DNA from: Okamejei kenojei
Taxonomy: Eukaryota
Assembly (NCBI GenBank): GCA_035221665.1
Contig: CM069142.1
Span: 186,001-250,000, forward strand
DNA length: 64,000 bases
Reading direction: 5' to 3'
The position numbers and the translations under genes were made by a program. Positions 11,721 through 24,751 of the stretch are shown piece by piece (position 1 is the stretch's first letter; each line of letters starts with the position of its first letter). A model generated the notes under the pieces. That model did not search any database. It was not told the DNA's origin and worked only from the letters and a program-made list of their open reading frames with translations.

Positions 11721-14700
11721 GGAAGCACTCAGGACCCAACATGTAGGGGAGAAGGAAGAGATAATAAACAGATAATAGAAAGTTGTGGGTTTTTAATGTG
11801 TATATTTTAATGCTAGGAGCTATTGTAAGTAAAAGGTGGATGAGCCTTAGGAGCCTGGATTGACACCTGGATGGAATGATGTTTGTGGCGATTAGTGAAA
11901 ACATGGGTGCTAGGAGGGCTGTGAATTGGGAACTAAATATTCCAGGATTTCGTTTGTTTCAGGTGTAATAGAATTGGAGGGGCTAGAGGTGAGGTGGTTC
12001 ATTGCTTGCCAGAGGAAGATATTACTGCAGTTCTTTTGGCAGGATAGATTAGGAGGGCTCGTCTAGGGTGGCTATTGGGTGGGAACTGAGAAATGGGAAA
12101 TGATGTAGCAACACTTTATAGGGGTGTATTATAGATTGCCTAAATTTGTTTAGGGATGGTGTAGTGAGAAATTGGAGAGCAAATATGTAAGGAGATTGCA
12201 GATATTAGTAGTAAGCAAAGGTGGTGGATTGTGCGAGATTCAATTTTCAACACATAGATGGGAAACACATTCTGTACATTGGGCTGGATGGTTTGGAGTT
12301 TGTAAAATGGTGGGTGCAGGATAGTTCTTTGCAGCAGTACATAGAGGTATCGACCAGAGAAGGGCCAGTGTTGGACCTCCTGTTAGGAAATGAGACAGGT
12401 CAGGTGACGGAGGTATGTGTGGAGCACTCGGGCCAGTGTAGTGATCACAATACCATTAGTTTCAATTTAATTATGGGAAGGTCAGAACTGAGACATGGGT
12501 TGAGTTTTTGATTGGAGAAAGGCTAAACTTTGAGGAGATGCGATAAGGATTTAAAAGGAGTGGAATTGGACATTTTGTTTCATGGATGGAATGTTATTGT
12601 ACGTAGAGAATTGGAGGTCTTTAAAGGTGATATTTTATGTATCAGAATCTTTATGTCCCTGTTCGTTGAAAGGAAAGAGTTAATAATTGGAAAGAGCCAT
12701 GGTTATCAGGGAAAAATTGGACACGCGTTCGGAAAAAAGAGAGAGAGATACAATAAATATAGCAAGCATGTGTAATGAGGTGCTTGAGGAGTATAAAGAA
12801 TGTAAAAAGAATCTTAAGAAAGAAATTAGAAAAGCTTAAAGAAAGATATGAGGTTGCACCAAAAATGCTGGAGAAACTCAGGGTGGGTGCAGCAGCATCT
12901 AAGGAGCAAAGGAGATTGCAACGTTTCGGGCCACTGAACCCTTCTTCAGAGAACTTGCTTTGGTAAGTAATGTGAAAGTTAAACCCAAAGGGTTTTACAG
13001 CTATATAAATAGCAAAAAGGATTAACAAGGATAAATTTGGTCCATTTAGAGAGTCAGAAGTGGACAGCATATGCGAGTCCAAAAGAGATGGGGGATATAT
13101 TTGAACAATTCATTTCTTCGGGTATTCCACCTAAGGAGAAGGATATTTTGAATTTTGTGATGGTAAGGGAAACAAGTACGGTAGTAGGAAACTATGAGGG
13201 ATCAAGAAGAGGAAGTATGAACTTTTGAAAAAATATAAAAGAGGTAAAGTCTCCAGATCCTGAACAGGATATTCCCTAGGACATTGAGGGAAAGTAGTGG
13301 AGAAATAGCAGGGGCTGGCTACGACATATATTTCAAATGTTATTAGAAACGGGAATAGGTGCCGGAGGTTGGCGTTACTGTGTATGTTGTTTCCATTGTT
13401 TAAAAAAGGGTTCTAAGAGTAAACTCGAGCAATTTTAGACGGTTAGTGTGTCGTCAGTGTGGGCAAATTACTGGAAAGGATACTTTAAGATAATAGTATC
13501 TTAAATAATCATCTTGGTATTAAACAGGGTCTGATTAGGAAACCGTCAACAGGATTTGTGCCTGGTAGGTCATGTTTTGACTAATCATCTTGAAAATTTT
13601 TTTGAAGAGGTTACTCGGGAAATTGATGAGGGTAAGCAGTGGATGTTATCTATATGGACTTCAGTTAGGCCTTGTGAAGGTTGCCCACATGAATATGGTT
13701 AGAAGGTTCAATTATTGGGCATTAAGAGTGGAGTAGCAAGAGGGATTCAACAGTGGCTGAATGGGAGATACCAGTAGAGTATGGTGGATGGCTGTTTGTC
13801 AGGTTGGCGGCCGAGGTGACTAGTGGGCGATGCCTCAGGGATCTGTGTTGGGTCCACTGTTGTTTGTCATATACTTCAATGATCTGGATGTATGGTGTGG
13901 TAAATTGGATTAGTATGTTGCAGATGATACTAAGATAGGTGGTGTTGTGGATAATGAAGTAGATTTTTAAAGTCTACAGAGAGATTTTAGGCATTTGAAA
14001 GAGTGGGCTGAAAGATGGCAGTTGGTGATTAATGCTTATAAGTGTGAAGTGTACATCTTGCAGGGACAAATCAAAATAGGACGTACATGGTAAATGGTAG
14101 CGAGTTGAGGAATGCAGTTAGAACAGAGAGATCTAGGAATAACTGCATAGTTTCCCTGAAGGTGGATATTTCATGTAGATAGAGTTGGTAAAAGGAAAGC
14201 TTTTGGTGTTGCTGGTCCTTTATAAATCAGTGCATTGAGTTATAGAAGTTGGGATTGTAATGTTATAATTGTACAAGGCATTGGTGAGGCCAATTCTGGA
14301 ATATTGTGTACAAGTTTGGTCGCCAAATTATAGGAAAGATGCAAACAAAATAGAGAGGTCAGAGGAGATTTACTAGAACGTTGCCTGGGTTTCAGAACCT
14401 ATGTACAGAGAAAGGGTTTTGAACAAGATAGGTCTTATTCTTTGGAGTGTTGCAGAAGGTTAAGGGGGGACTTTTTAAATTATGAGAGGGATAGAGATGA
14501 CGTGGATATGGTTTTTTCCATGAGAGTAGGGAAGATTCAAACCAGAGGACATAATTAGAGAATTAAGGGACCAAAAGTTTAGGGGTAACATGAGGGGGAA
14601 TTCTTTACTCAGAGTGGTAGCTATGATGATGAACTTACAGTGGTAGTGTGGAGGGCAGGTTTCAATTTTTCATTTAAAATTAAAATTTGGGATAGGTATT

Positions 14701-14829
14701 GGACCTGGGAAAGGAATGGAGGGGTATGGTCTGAGTGCTGGTAGATGGGACTAGGTGAGAGTAATGTGTTCGGCACGGACTGCAAGGCCGAGATGGCCTG
14801 TTTATGTGCTGTAATTGTTATATGGTTAT
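11720..14829 (+). mobile_element. Near-complete ORF2 CR1 LINE (ATATGGTT-tail family), indel-rich
   Basis: EN to RT to 3' UTR collinear with the minus-strand copy at 17975-20780; tail TGTTATATGGTTATA. Confidence 0.85.
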
Positions 14830-15386
14830 ACGGCTGATTCCAGTGCATCGCTGTTCCTGCACGAAAACCAAATGGCCAGCAGCGGGGGGGGGTCAAATAC
14901 CCCCCCATCTTTGTGGAGGCGGCCCTGGCCCTGCCGGGTTGAAGAGCGGGGATGGATGGTTCCAGGACACGCTGAGCACACAGGGCCACCGCAGCAACTG
15001 CTCTTTTACAATAGTGGATCCGCGTCCAACCATCCAAATTGACCTCTTGCCCAGTCAGAGTTTTTGTTAAAGAAACTGCTGATGACATGGGAATAAAACC
15101 ACCTGCAGGCGGATGATTCGGTGTGTTAGGGTCCGAATGCGGACCAAGGGCCGTTTAGGTTACCGATGTCTGCCCTTTCAAGTTGGTTATTCTCCTCACT
15201 GCGGGCTGCATCCACGCGGATTGGTCCTCTACTGTCAGTCAACGCCAGGCGAGGCGGGTTCCCATGTGACTGACAGCTGAGGCGGCACAAATCAGTGCAG
15301 CGGATGGTGCAGGGGAGGGGGTTTTGGACTTTCCGGCCGTGACTGACAGGGGAGGAAACCAATCGGCGTGGCGAGTGACGGACATT

Positions 15387-17423
15387 AGCCTTATTTTTAA
15401 TGGATTAAATTTCATTTTTCTACCATCAATTCTACACATAATACCAGAATGAAGAAGTGAAACCAGGTTGTTTAGAGAGGTTTATGCATGTAATTAAAAA
15501 AATAAATAACTGAAATATCACATTTACTTAAGTATTCAGACCTTTGCACTATGACACTTAAAAAATTAAGCTTTGGTTCATCTGTTTCCATTGATTTATC
15601 CCTGAGATGTTTTCTACAACTTGAATAGAGTCCACCCTCATAATAATTGATTTGGACATGATTTGGAAAGGCACACACCTGTCTATATAAGGTTCACAGT
15701 TGACAGTGCATGTCAGAGCAAAAACTCAAGCCAGAAGACGAAGGAATTGTCGTAGGACCTCTCAAAAAGGGATTGTGTCAAGACACAGATCTGGTGGAAG
15801 GGTATAAATAAAACAAATTCTGCAGCATTGCAGGTCCTGAAAGGCAACAGTGGCCTCGTCATTCTAAATGATGAACTTTTGAACCACTGGACTCTCATAG
15901 GCTGGCCGCCCGGCCAAACTGAACAATCGGGTGGGGAGAAGGCGTCTCAGTCAGGGAGGTGACCAAGAACCAATGGTCACTCTGACAAAGCTCAGATTCC
16001 TCTGTGGAGTATGGTGAGAACGTTCAGAGGACAACTGTATCTGCAGCACTCCATCTATTCAGGCCTTTATGGTTAGAGTGGCCAGGACAGTGCCACTCCT
16101 CGTACAAGGCATATGACGGCACGTTGGAGTTTGCAAAAAAGTACCACAGGACTCTGAGGACCATGAGGAACAAGATTCTCTGGTCTGATGAAACCATGAT
16201 TGAATTATTTGGCCTGATTGCCAAGCGGTCACGGTCTGGAGGAAACCAGGCACCATCATCATCTGACTACGGTGAAGCATGGTGTGGCAGCATCATTGCT
16301 GTGGGGTGTTGTCAGCGGCTAGGAACCTGCGAGGACTAGTTCAGGATCGTGGGAGGAAAGATGAAACGAGCAAAGTACANNNNNNNNNNNNNNNNNNNNN
16401 NNNNNNNNNNNNNNNNNNNNNNNNNNNNNNNNNNNNNNNNNNNNNNNNNNNNNNNNNNNNNNNNNNNNNNNNNNNNNNNNNNNNNNNNNNNNNNNNNNNN
16501 NNNNNNNNNNNNNNNNNNNNNNNNNNNNNNNNNNNNNNNNNNNNNNNNNNNNNNNNNNNNNNNNNNNNNNNNNNNNNNNNNNNNNNNNNNNNNNNNNNNN
16601 NNNNNNNNNNNNNNNNNNNNNNNNNNNNNNNNNNNNNNNNNNNNNNNNNNNNNNNNNNNNNNNNNNNNNNNNNNNNNNNNNNNNNNNNNNNNNNNNNNNN
16701 NNNNNNNNNNNNNNNNNNNNNNNNNNNNNNNNNNNNNNNNNNNNNNNNNNNNNNNNNNNNNNNNNNNNNNNNNNNNNNNNNNNNNNNNNNNNNNNNNNNN
16801 NNNNNNNNNNNNNNNNNNNNNNNNNNNNNNNNNNNNNNNNNNNNNNNNNNNNNNNNNNNNNNNNNNNNCTGGATCTCAGACTGGGGCGGAGGTTCAACTT
16901 TCCAACAGTTGCACGACCTAAGCACACAGCAAGACAATGCAGGAGTGGATTCATGACCAAGGTCTTATGAATGTCTTGAGTGGCCAGCCTGAGGCCCAAA
17001 CTTCAACCGAGAGAACATCTCAGGAGGGACCCGAAAATGAGCTGTGCATCGACGCTCCCAATCCAACCTGACAGAGCTTGAGAGGGACCTGCAGAGAAGA
17101 ATGGGAGAAATTACCAAATGAGGTGTGTCATGCTTGTAGCGGTCATAACAGCAAGACATGAGGCAGTAATCGCTGCCAAGGTGCCTCAACAAAGTACTGG
17201 TAAAGGGTCTGATTATCATGTATATGTGATTATTTCAGTTATTTCTCTTTAAATTTACTTAGCATAAATTTCAACACCTGTTTTCGCTTGTTGTTTTAAT
17301 TATGGGTATTGTAGTGTTAGATTGATGATTAAAAAATTAATATTATCCATTTTAAATAAGGGCTGTAATGTAAAAAAATGTAGAAAAAGTGTTAGAAGTC
17401 TGAATACTTTCTGAATGCCACTG
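15387..17423 (+). mobile_element. Tc1-family (IR/DR type) DNA transposon with degraded transposase
   Basis: Right end GTCTGAATACTTTCTGAATGCCACTG followed by TA; inner direct repeats AAGTATTCAGACC (~15530) and GGTCTGA (~17206); peptides GRPAKL, VREVTKNP-like, ILWSDET.IELFG; outermost left TIR missing; N-gap inside. Confidence 0.9.
16380..16868. other. Assembly gap (489 N)
   Basis: Run of N inside the Tc1 element. Confidence 1.
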
Positions 17424-17599
17424 TATCCATAGCGCCAGTTATGCAGTTTTGGTTTATTGAGTTTAGTGATCAGCACTTGGTAAACGGTTCCATTCGGCTC
17501 ATTGAGTTCCACACTGACCATCAAATCTCCCATTTGCACTGATCAATCCACTTTATTCTCTTCACCATTGATCTCAATTCCCCAAAGATTCTACTACGT

Positions 17600-17820
17600 C
17601 CCTACACAATACAGGAATTTACAAAAGCCAATCTAACCCTCAACCTGTTCGGTCTTTGGGATTGTGGGGGGAATTCGGGCCATCTGAGGAACCCACGCGG
17701 TCACAGGTGAGATTTGTGCAAACTCCACACACACAAAGTCAGCACTGAGTGTCGTGATTTGAACCTGGGTCTTCTGGCGCTGCGAGGCAGGAAAGAAACT
17801 TTACCCGCTGTGCCACTGCT
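17600..17820 (-). mobile_element. tRNA-derived SINE (HE1/V-SINE-like)
   Basis: Reverse complement has a tRNA-like head (cagcgccaga..cccaggttcaa) and the tgtgtggagtttgcac core. Confidence 0.7.
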
Positions 17821-17974
17821 GCCTGGGCAATTTCACTTTGCTCACTCAAATGTATGAATCAAATGTATTTGCCAAATTGCTAGCTTACTTAAAAATTCTC
17901 CTTAGAACTAGACAGGGGTAGGTCTTATATCCGATTTGGAGACTCTTAAATAAAATCATAACATTAATATGATA

Positions 17975-20780
17975 GTTATAAACATTATAACAATTACAGC
18001 ACGGTGACAGGCCATCTCGGCTTCCAGTCCGTGCGACATTTTCGTTTTCCCTAGTCCAATCTACCTGCATCAGACCATACCCCTCCATTCCCTTCACGTC
18101 CATATTACTATCCACTTTACTTTTAAATGTTTTTAAATTAAAATCGATACCTGCCTCACCACCTCTGCTGGAAGCTTATTCCACACATGCCACTCCACCT
18201 CTGAGTAAAGAAGTTCCCCCTCACGTTTACCCCTAAATTCTGTCCCTTAATTCTCATGTCATGTCCTATTGTTTGAATCTTCCTTACCCTCATGGGGGAA
18301 AAGCTTATCCACGTCAACCTCTGTCTATCCCTTTCATCATTGTAAAGACATCATTCAAGTCCCCTTAACCTTCTGCGCTCCAAAGAATAAGACTAACTTG
18401 TTCAACCGTTTCTCTGTTACATAGTTGCTGAACCTTGGCAACATTCTAGTAAAATCTTTCCTCTGTACTCTCTCTATTTTGTTGACATCCTTCTTATAAC
18501 TAGGGCGACCCAAAAATTGTTCACCATACCCAGAATTGCGTTATTACCATGCTTGTACAATTTTAACAATTTCTCCCTACTCCCTATATTCAGATTGCTC
18601 TGATTTATAATGGCCAGCAGCACACCAAAGGCTTCTTTTCCACCCTTATCTACATGCGATTCCACTTCAGGGAACTAATTGCTCACAGTTATTCCTAGAT
18701 CCACTTCTGTTCCACAGCCTTCCTCAATTCCCTACCATTTACCATGTACGTCCCTATTTTGATTTGTCCTGCCAAGATGTAGCACTTCACATCTTTTATC
18801 AGCATAAACTCCCATCTGCATCTTTCAGCCCACTTTTCCAAATGTCCCAAATCTCTCTGTAGACTTTGAAATCTACTTCTTTATCCACATACCACCTTCT
18901 TAGTATCATCTGCATACTTGACTTATCCAATTTTCCACCCCATCATCCAGATCATTGATGTACATGACAAACAACAGTGGACCCAACACAGATCCCTGAG
19001 GCACACCACTGGTCACCGGCTTCCTAACCTGACAAACAGCCATCCAGCCATTACTCTCTGGACATCTCCCATTCAGCCACTGTTGAATCCATCTTGCTAC
19101 TACGCCATTAACACCCAAAAGATAATGAACCTTCTGAACCAACCTTCCATGGGGAACCTTGTCAAAAGGCCTTACTGAAAATCCATATAGACAAACATCC
19201 ACTGCTTTACCATCATCAATTTCCCTAGTTACCGCTTCAAAAAATTCAAGGAAGGTTTGTCAAACATGACCTTCCAGGCACAAATCCATGTTGAATGTTC
19301 TGATCAGACCCTGTTTTGATCCAGATGCTTATATTTATTCTCTAAGTATTTTCCATTAATTTGCCCACCACTGACGTTCAAACTAATAGGTCTATAATTG
19401 CAAGGTTTATTCTTTGAACCCTTTTTAAACAATGGAACAACATGCGCAGAACGCCAATCCTCCGGCACTATTCCCGTTTCTAATGACATTTGAAATATTT
19501 CTGTCATAGCTCCTGCTATTTCTACACTAAACTTCCCTCAATGTCCTAGGGAATATCCTGTCAGGACCTGGAGACTTATCCACCTTTATAATTTTCAAAA
19601 GTGTCAGTACTTCCTCCTCTTTGAATCTCATAGTTTTCCATAGCTACTACTACTTTTTTCCCTCACCTCACAGAGTTCAATATCCTTCTCCTTGGTGAAT
19701 ACCGAAGAAAGAAATTAGCCTTCCTAATTCTTTTCTTAAGATTCTTTTTACATTCTTTATCCTCCTCTAGCACCTCATTTACTCCATGCCTCCTATAATT
19801 ATTGTAGATATCTCTCTTTTTTCGAAACAAGTGTCTAATTTTCCCTTGAAATCCATGGCTCTTTTCCCAATTTTTACTATTTCCTTTCAAACCTAACAGG
19901 GACATAAAGATTCTGTACTCTTACAATTTCCCCCCCTTTAAATTCCCTCCATTTCTCTTCTACATCCTTCCCTGGGATGAAACAAAGTGTCCCAATATTA
20001 CTCCTTCTAAAATCCTCACGCATTCCCTCAAGTTAGCCTTTCTCCAATCAAAAATCTTCCACTCTAGGTCCTGTTCTGACTCGCTCCATAATTATATTGA
20101 AACTAATGGTATTGTGATCACTGGTCCGAAGTGCTCACCAACGCATACCTACGTCACCTGTCCTGCCTCATTTCGCTAACAGGAGGTCCAGCACTGCCCC
20201 TTCTCTGGTCGGTACCTCTATGTACTGCTGCAAAAAAACTATCCTGCACACATTTTACAAACTCCAAACCATTCCAGCCCATTTACAGAATGTGTTTCCC
20301 AGTCTATTTTTGGGAAATTGAAATCTCCCACAATCACTGCCTTGTGCTTACTCCTAATATCTGCTATCTCCTTAACATAAATTTGCTCTTCCAATTCTCG
20401 CTCCCCATTTGGCGGTCTATAGTACACCCCTAAAAGTGTTGCTACACCGTTCCCACTTCTCAGTTCAAACCAAATAGCCTCCCTAGACGAACCCTCTAAT
20501 CTATCCTGCCAAAGCACTGATGTAATATCCTCTCTGACAAGCAATGCAACACCTCCACCTCTGGTCCCTCCAATTCTATCACACCTGAAGCAACGAAATC
20601 CTGGAATATTTAGTTTCCAATCACAGCCCTCCTGCAACCATGTTTCACTGATTGCCACAACATCATATTTCCAGGTGTCAATCCAGGCTCTAAGTTCATC
20701 CACCTTACTTACAATGCTCCTAGCATTAAAATATACACATTTTATAAACCCACCATCCTTTATTCTCTGTCTATTGTCTA
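17975..20780 (-). mobile_element. CR1 LINE, near-complete ORF2 (APE endonuclease plus RT), disrupted
   Basis: ORF 20239-20814 has YFNARSI, ISETWL, GGGVALLV, YYRPP, VGDFN; RT motifs FDKVPH and [10 protein letters not shown]. Confidence 0.92.
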
Positions 20781-21654
20781 GTACCGACACCTGTGGAATT
20801 CTGTCAAAATCCAACCAATATTAATTCAAATCAAAAGATATAACTCAAACACAGGAAATAATTGGGAATATATTTTTAATGAAATCAACTTTTGTGAAGT
20901 TAATTCCTAAAAATAGAAACATTATTAAAGTTTTGGTTTTTCTTCAGAAATCTTAATGAATTATTAAAAATAATCATAATTGGTAACTTAAAAAATAAAA
21001 TGAATGAAATAAACCATACCAAATGATACACAATCTGGCTTTTCCTCAAAGTCCTTTTTTTGAAACCAATTCTAGCAGAAACATTGTCTCCCACCTAACA
21101 AACATCCAGTAACATTGTCATTCCCACTTATTGCATACAAACTCTCTCATGTAACATGAAGGCAGCCTAATTTCATCCAATTTGCAAAACATGCAATATT
21201 CACTTGTCTTAAATCAGTTCAGAATGAACATTTAGTTAAAAATAATGTATGTTAACTCAATAACAAACTTAAAAGCTCAATAAAACTAATAATGTTTGTT
21301 TTAATGTAATGCAGTGCGGTAGAACTATCGGCTGTGACTCCAACACCCAATGCAGACCCAAATTTATTGTTGTAAATGAATCATTATTCAATCCAACGGA
21401 AGCATGCAGGGGACAGGTGTCTCTGAATGTTAGAGTGTACCCATCATCATTTCATCTAGGGTGTCTTCACACCTTTCCACTGCATTCTTGGACAGTATAA
21501 AGATTCATTGATACTGTATCCCATTAATAGCTGGCAGAAAGTGATGTGACCAACTAATTCCACACAGGTTGTCATCCCTGAGAAACAGAGTGGACACCTG
21601 CCAAGGTTTCAGAACGAGAAAAATAAGAAAATAAACATTTTTAAAATAGTTGGC

Positions 21655-22945
21655 TTCCAGCGGGGGTAGAGCTCCCCCTGCTGCTGCCTCATGTGCAGCG
21701 CCAGAGACCCGGGTTCGATCCTGACCTCAGGTGTTGTCTGTGTGTGGAGTTTACAATTGTGTTTGCTCCGGGTGCTCCGGTTTACTGCCACATTCCAAAG
21801 ATGTGTGGGTTTGTAGGTTAATTGGGTGTGTAAGATTGCCCCAGGTGTGTAGGGAGTGGGATTTACGATTGAGTGAACGAGTGTGAACGGGTGTGATCGA
21901 TGATCGGCATCGAGAGAATGTCCGTGATAGATTGGAGACCAAACCTGCCTTACATAAAAACCGGGAGTTATATTTTTAAGTTTCAAGAGACAGCATGGAA
22001 CAGGCCCTTTGGCCCACCGAGTCCATGAACGACCATCGATCACCAGTACATTAGTTCTACGTTATCTCACTTTCGCATCCTATATGGGCCGATTAACCTA
22101 CACACCTGCATGTCTTTGGGATGTGGGAGGAATTTGGATCACCCAAAGGAAAAACACATGGTCACAGGGAGAAACGTGCAAACTCCACACAGTCCAGGAT
22201 TAAACTCGGGTCTCTGGCACTGTAAGCGGCTACTCTGCCACTACGTCACTGTGAGGAGGAGGTTCAGGCAGAGGATGACGTGGATCTCATTTAAGGTCCA
22301 TGTCCGAGTGAGGCACGGAGCTGCAGGAGAGGGCGAGCGAGAGACGACTGGTGCCCAGTGCATGGCGCCAGAGAGTAGAACTCGGAGCATGGATGGGGTG
22401 TGTAGCAAGCCTTCTCGTGGCGAGTAGGGTCCAGGTACATTGGACCCTGAAGGCCAGAAAACCTAGAGGCCTCGAATTGGAAACTGGAAGCCATGTGGAA
22501 CAACTGTGCAGTGAAGGCAAGTGCTGAGGGAAACACACGTGGCTATATTATCGACGGCAGGAGGAACTTGAGGGGGCAGCAGTGAGAGAGAGAGAGAGAG
22601 AGAGAGTGTGGCTGAATTTAAACAATAACATTTCGTTGTTTTTGAGATACAGCACGGAAACACGCTCTTCGGGGCCCACCAATTTGGCGCGCACTAGTGA
22701 TCCCCGTACACTAACACTATCCTATACACGAGGGACAATTTAACAAATCTACCAAAGCCAATTAGTCTCCAAAACCCCGTACGTCTTTGTAGTGTGGGAG
22801 GAAATTGGGGAGCTCCCAGAGAAATCCACACAGGGCATGGGGAGGGACGTACAAACTCCGTGTAGCCAGCACCCATAATCAGGATCGGTGGCCGGGGGTC
22901 TCTGGCGTTGGTAAGGCAGCAACTCTCCCCGTTGTGCCACCCCCA
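21655..22945. mobile_element. Cluster of HE1/V-SINE-like SINEs (~21655-21930 +, ~21990-22250 -, ~22645-22945 -)
   Basis: tRNA-like head cagcgccagagacccgggttcgatcc and conserved ctgtgtggagttt core in each copy. Confidence 0.75.
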
Positions 22946-23547
22946 GTGCCACCCATTTCTTTATTAAATTTGGCGGTCAGGCCCTTAAACATCTTACGGG
23001 ACGATGATCCACAACAGACACCAACAGCACGAACAACATCTCGCAAAGCTTCTTTTGGATTACAAATAAGCACTTAATCCCATCACAAAGCAGAGAACAG
23101 CTTCAAAGTAGACATACAGTACATGGCAGCTGAGAATCCCGAGTAGTCACATGAATGCACAGAGATATCTCCACAACGGTCTACATCTGATCATTCTTTG
23201 CCCTACAGCGCTTTTTTTGTGGACAAAATGGTGTCATTAATGTTCCTTAATGTCGGTGTCATAAGCTGTTTAAGGATCTGATCCTGAAAGTTGTTTCTCA
23301 GCACATATGGTCAACGGATCAAGATCTTCAGATTGATTGTGTGTGTGGGGGGGGGAAGAGAAAGCTGGAAGAGAGTAGTGGGCAGGATAAAGCCTGGCAA
23401 GTGATAGGTGGATACAGGGAAGAGGTGGGGCGGGGATGTGGGTTTGATTGGCAGACAGGTGAGCAAAAGCTGGAGATGAAAATACAAAATATCACTAGTT
23501 TCCTTGTGTGACAAAAACACGTTGTTTGGAGCAATGCATCTTTTGAT

Positions 23548-23600
23548 TTATAAATCTGAAGGTTTTTTTCCATCATCCACCCGGATTAAGTGATGTCCAT
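23548..23600 (-). CDS. Candidate terminal coding exon of the Ig gene (DGHHLIRVDDGKKPSDL*)
   Basis: Strong acceptor ttttctttattttcag; phase-1 reading is open to TAA; lies downstream of the IgC exon in non-repeat DNA. Confidence 0.35.
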
Positions 23601-23711
23601 CTGAAAATAAAGAAAATGGACAAAAAAAAAAAATCAAAATTTCCCCTGCTAATGCTGTTCAGACACAGGTTAGCACTGTAAACAATAATAATAACATTAC
23701 AGTAAACCCTC

Positions 23712-24398
23712 NNNNNNNNNNNNNNNNNNNNNNNNNNNNNNNNNNNNNNNNNNNNNNNNNNNNNNNNNNNNNNNNNNNNNNNNNNNNNNNNNNNNNNNNN
23801 NNNNNNNNNNNNNNNNNNNNNNNNNNNNNNNNNNNNNNNNNNNNNNNNNNNNNNNNNNNNNNNNNNNNNNNNNNNNNNNNNNNNNNNNNNNNNNNNNNNN
23901 NNNNNNNNNNNNNNNNNNNNNNNNNNNNNNNNNNNNNNNNNNNNNNNNNNNNNNNNNNNNNNNNNNNNNNNNNNNNNNNNNNNNNNNNNNNNNNNNNNNN
24001 NNNNNNNNNNNNNNNNNNNNNNNNNNNGAATNNNNNNNNNNNNNNNNNNNNNNNNNNNNNNNNNNNNNNNNNNNNNNNNNNNNNNNNNNNNNNNNNNNNN
24101 NNNNNNNNNNNNNNNNNNNNNNNNNNNNNNNNNNNNNNNNNNNNNNNNNNNNNNNNNNNNNNNNNNNNNNNNNNNNNNNNNNNNNNNNNNNNNNNNNNNN
24201 NNNNNNNNNNNNNNNNNNNNNNNNNNNNNNNNNNNNNNNNNNNNNNNNNNNNNNNNNNNNNNNNNNNNNNNNNNNNNNNNNNNNNNNNNNNNNNNNNNNN
24301 NNNNNNNNNNNNNNNNNNNNNNNNNNNNNNNNNNNNNNNNNNNNNNNNNNNNNNNNNNNNNNNNNNNNNNNNNNNNNNNNNNNNNNNNNNNNNNNNNN
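23712..24398. other. Assembly gap containing a 4-nt island (gaat, 24028-24031)
   Basis: Run of N. Confidence 1.
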
Positions 24399-24751
24399 TC
24401 CAATTGTTCGCTATAACTGAGTAAGGGATTATCATTGTATAAGTGCTGGAGTAACTCAGCGGGTCAGGCAGCATCTCTGGAGAACATGGACAGGTGATGT
24501 TTTGGGTCGGGACCCTTCCTCAGACTCTCGGTCGGGAACTGGGTCTGGAATCCAGGTGGGTGCTGGCAGCCGGCGGAGAGGCGAGGATGGGCAAGGTGAA
24601 TGGTCGCGGCCCGCGGGCAGCCGGATTGCAGGTAAAGGCCGTCGGTGGCGTGGCTTTTTACTGTACCTCGGTACACATGATAATTTAAGCTTTTTTGAAT
24701 TTTGAACTGTGCACCTCCTCGATTATCTGTGATCCAACCAACTACATAACC

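Noticed and set aside
14621-15088. 155-aa minus-strand ORF
   Set aside because: Half is antisense CR1 3' end; the remainder has no motif or splice support that I recognise
21655-21730. tRNA gene
   Set aside because: The tRNA-like box is the head of a SINE, with no complete cloverleaf
23659-23711. Hydrophobic GFTVMLLLLFTVLTCV as the missing TM segment
   Set aside because: Derives from a (TTA)n run abutting a probable transposon end (tacagtaaaccctc) and the gap; no acceptor visible
24028-24031. Isolated gaat inside the N-gap
   Set aside because: Scaffolding artefact with no biological signal
10391-24474. Long ORFs of 190-276 aa in the ORF track
   Set aside because: They are runs of X translated from N-gaps
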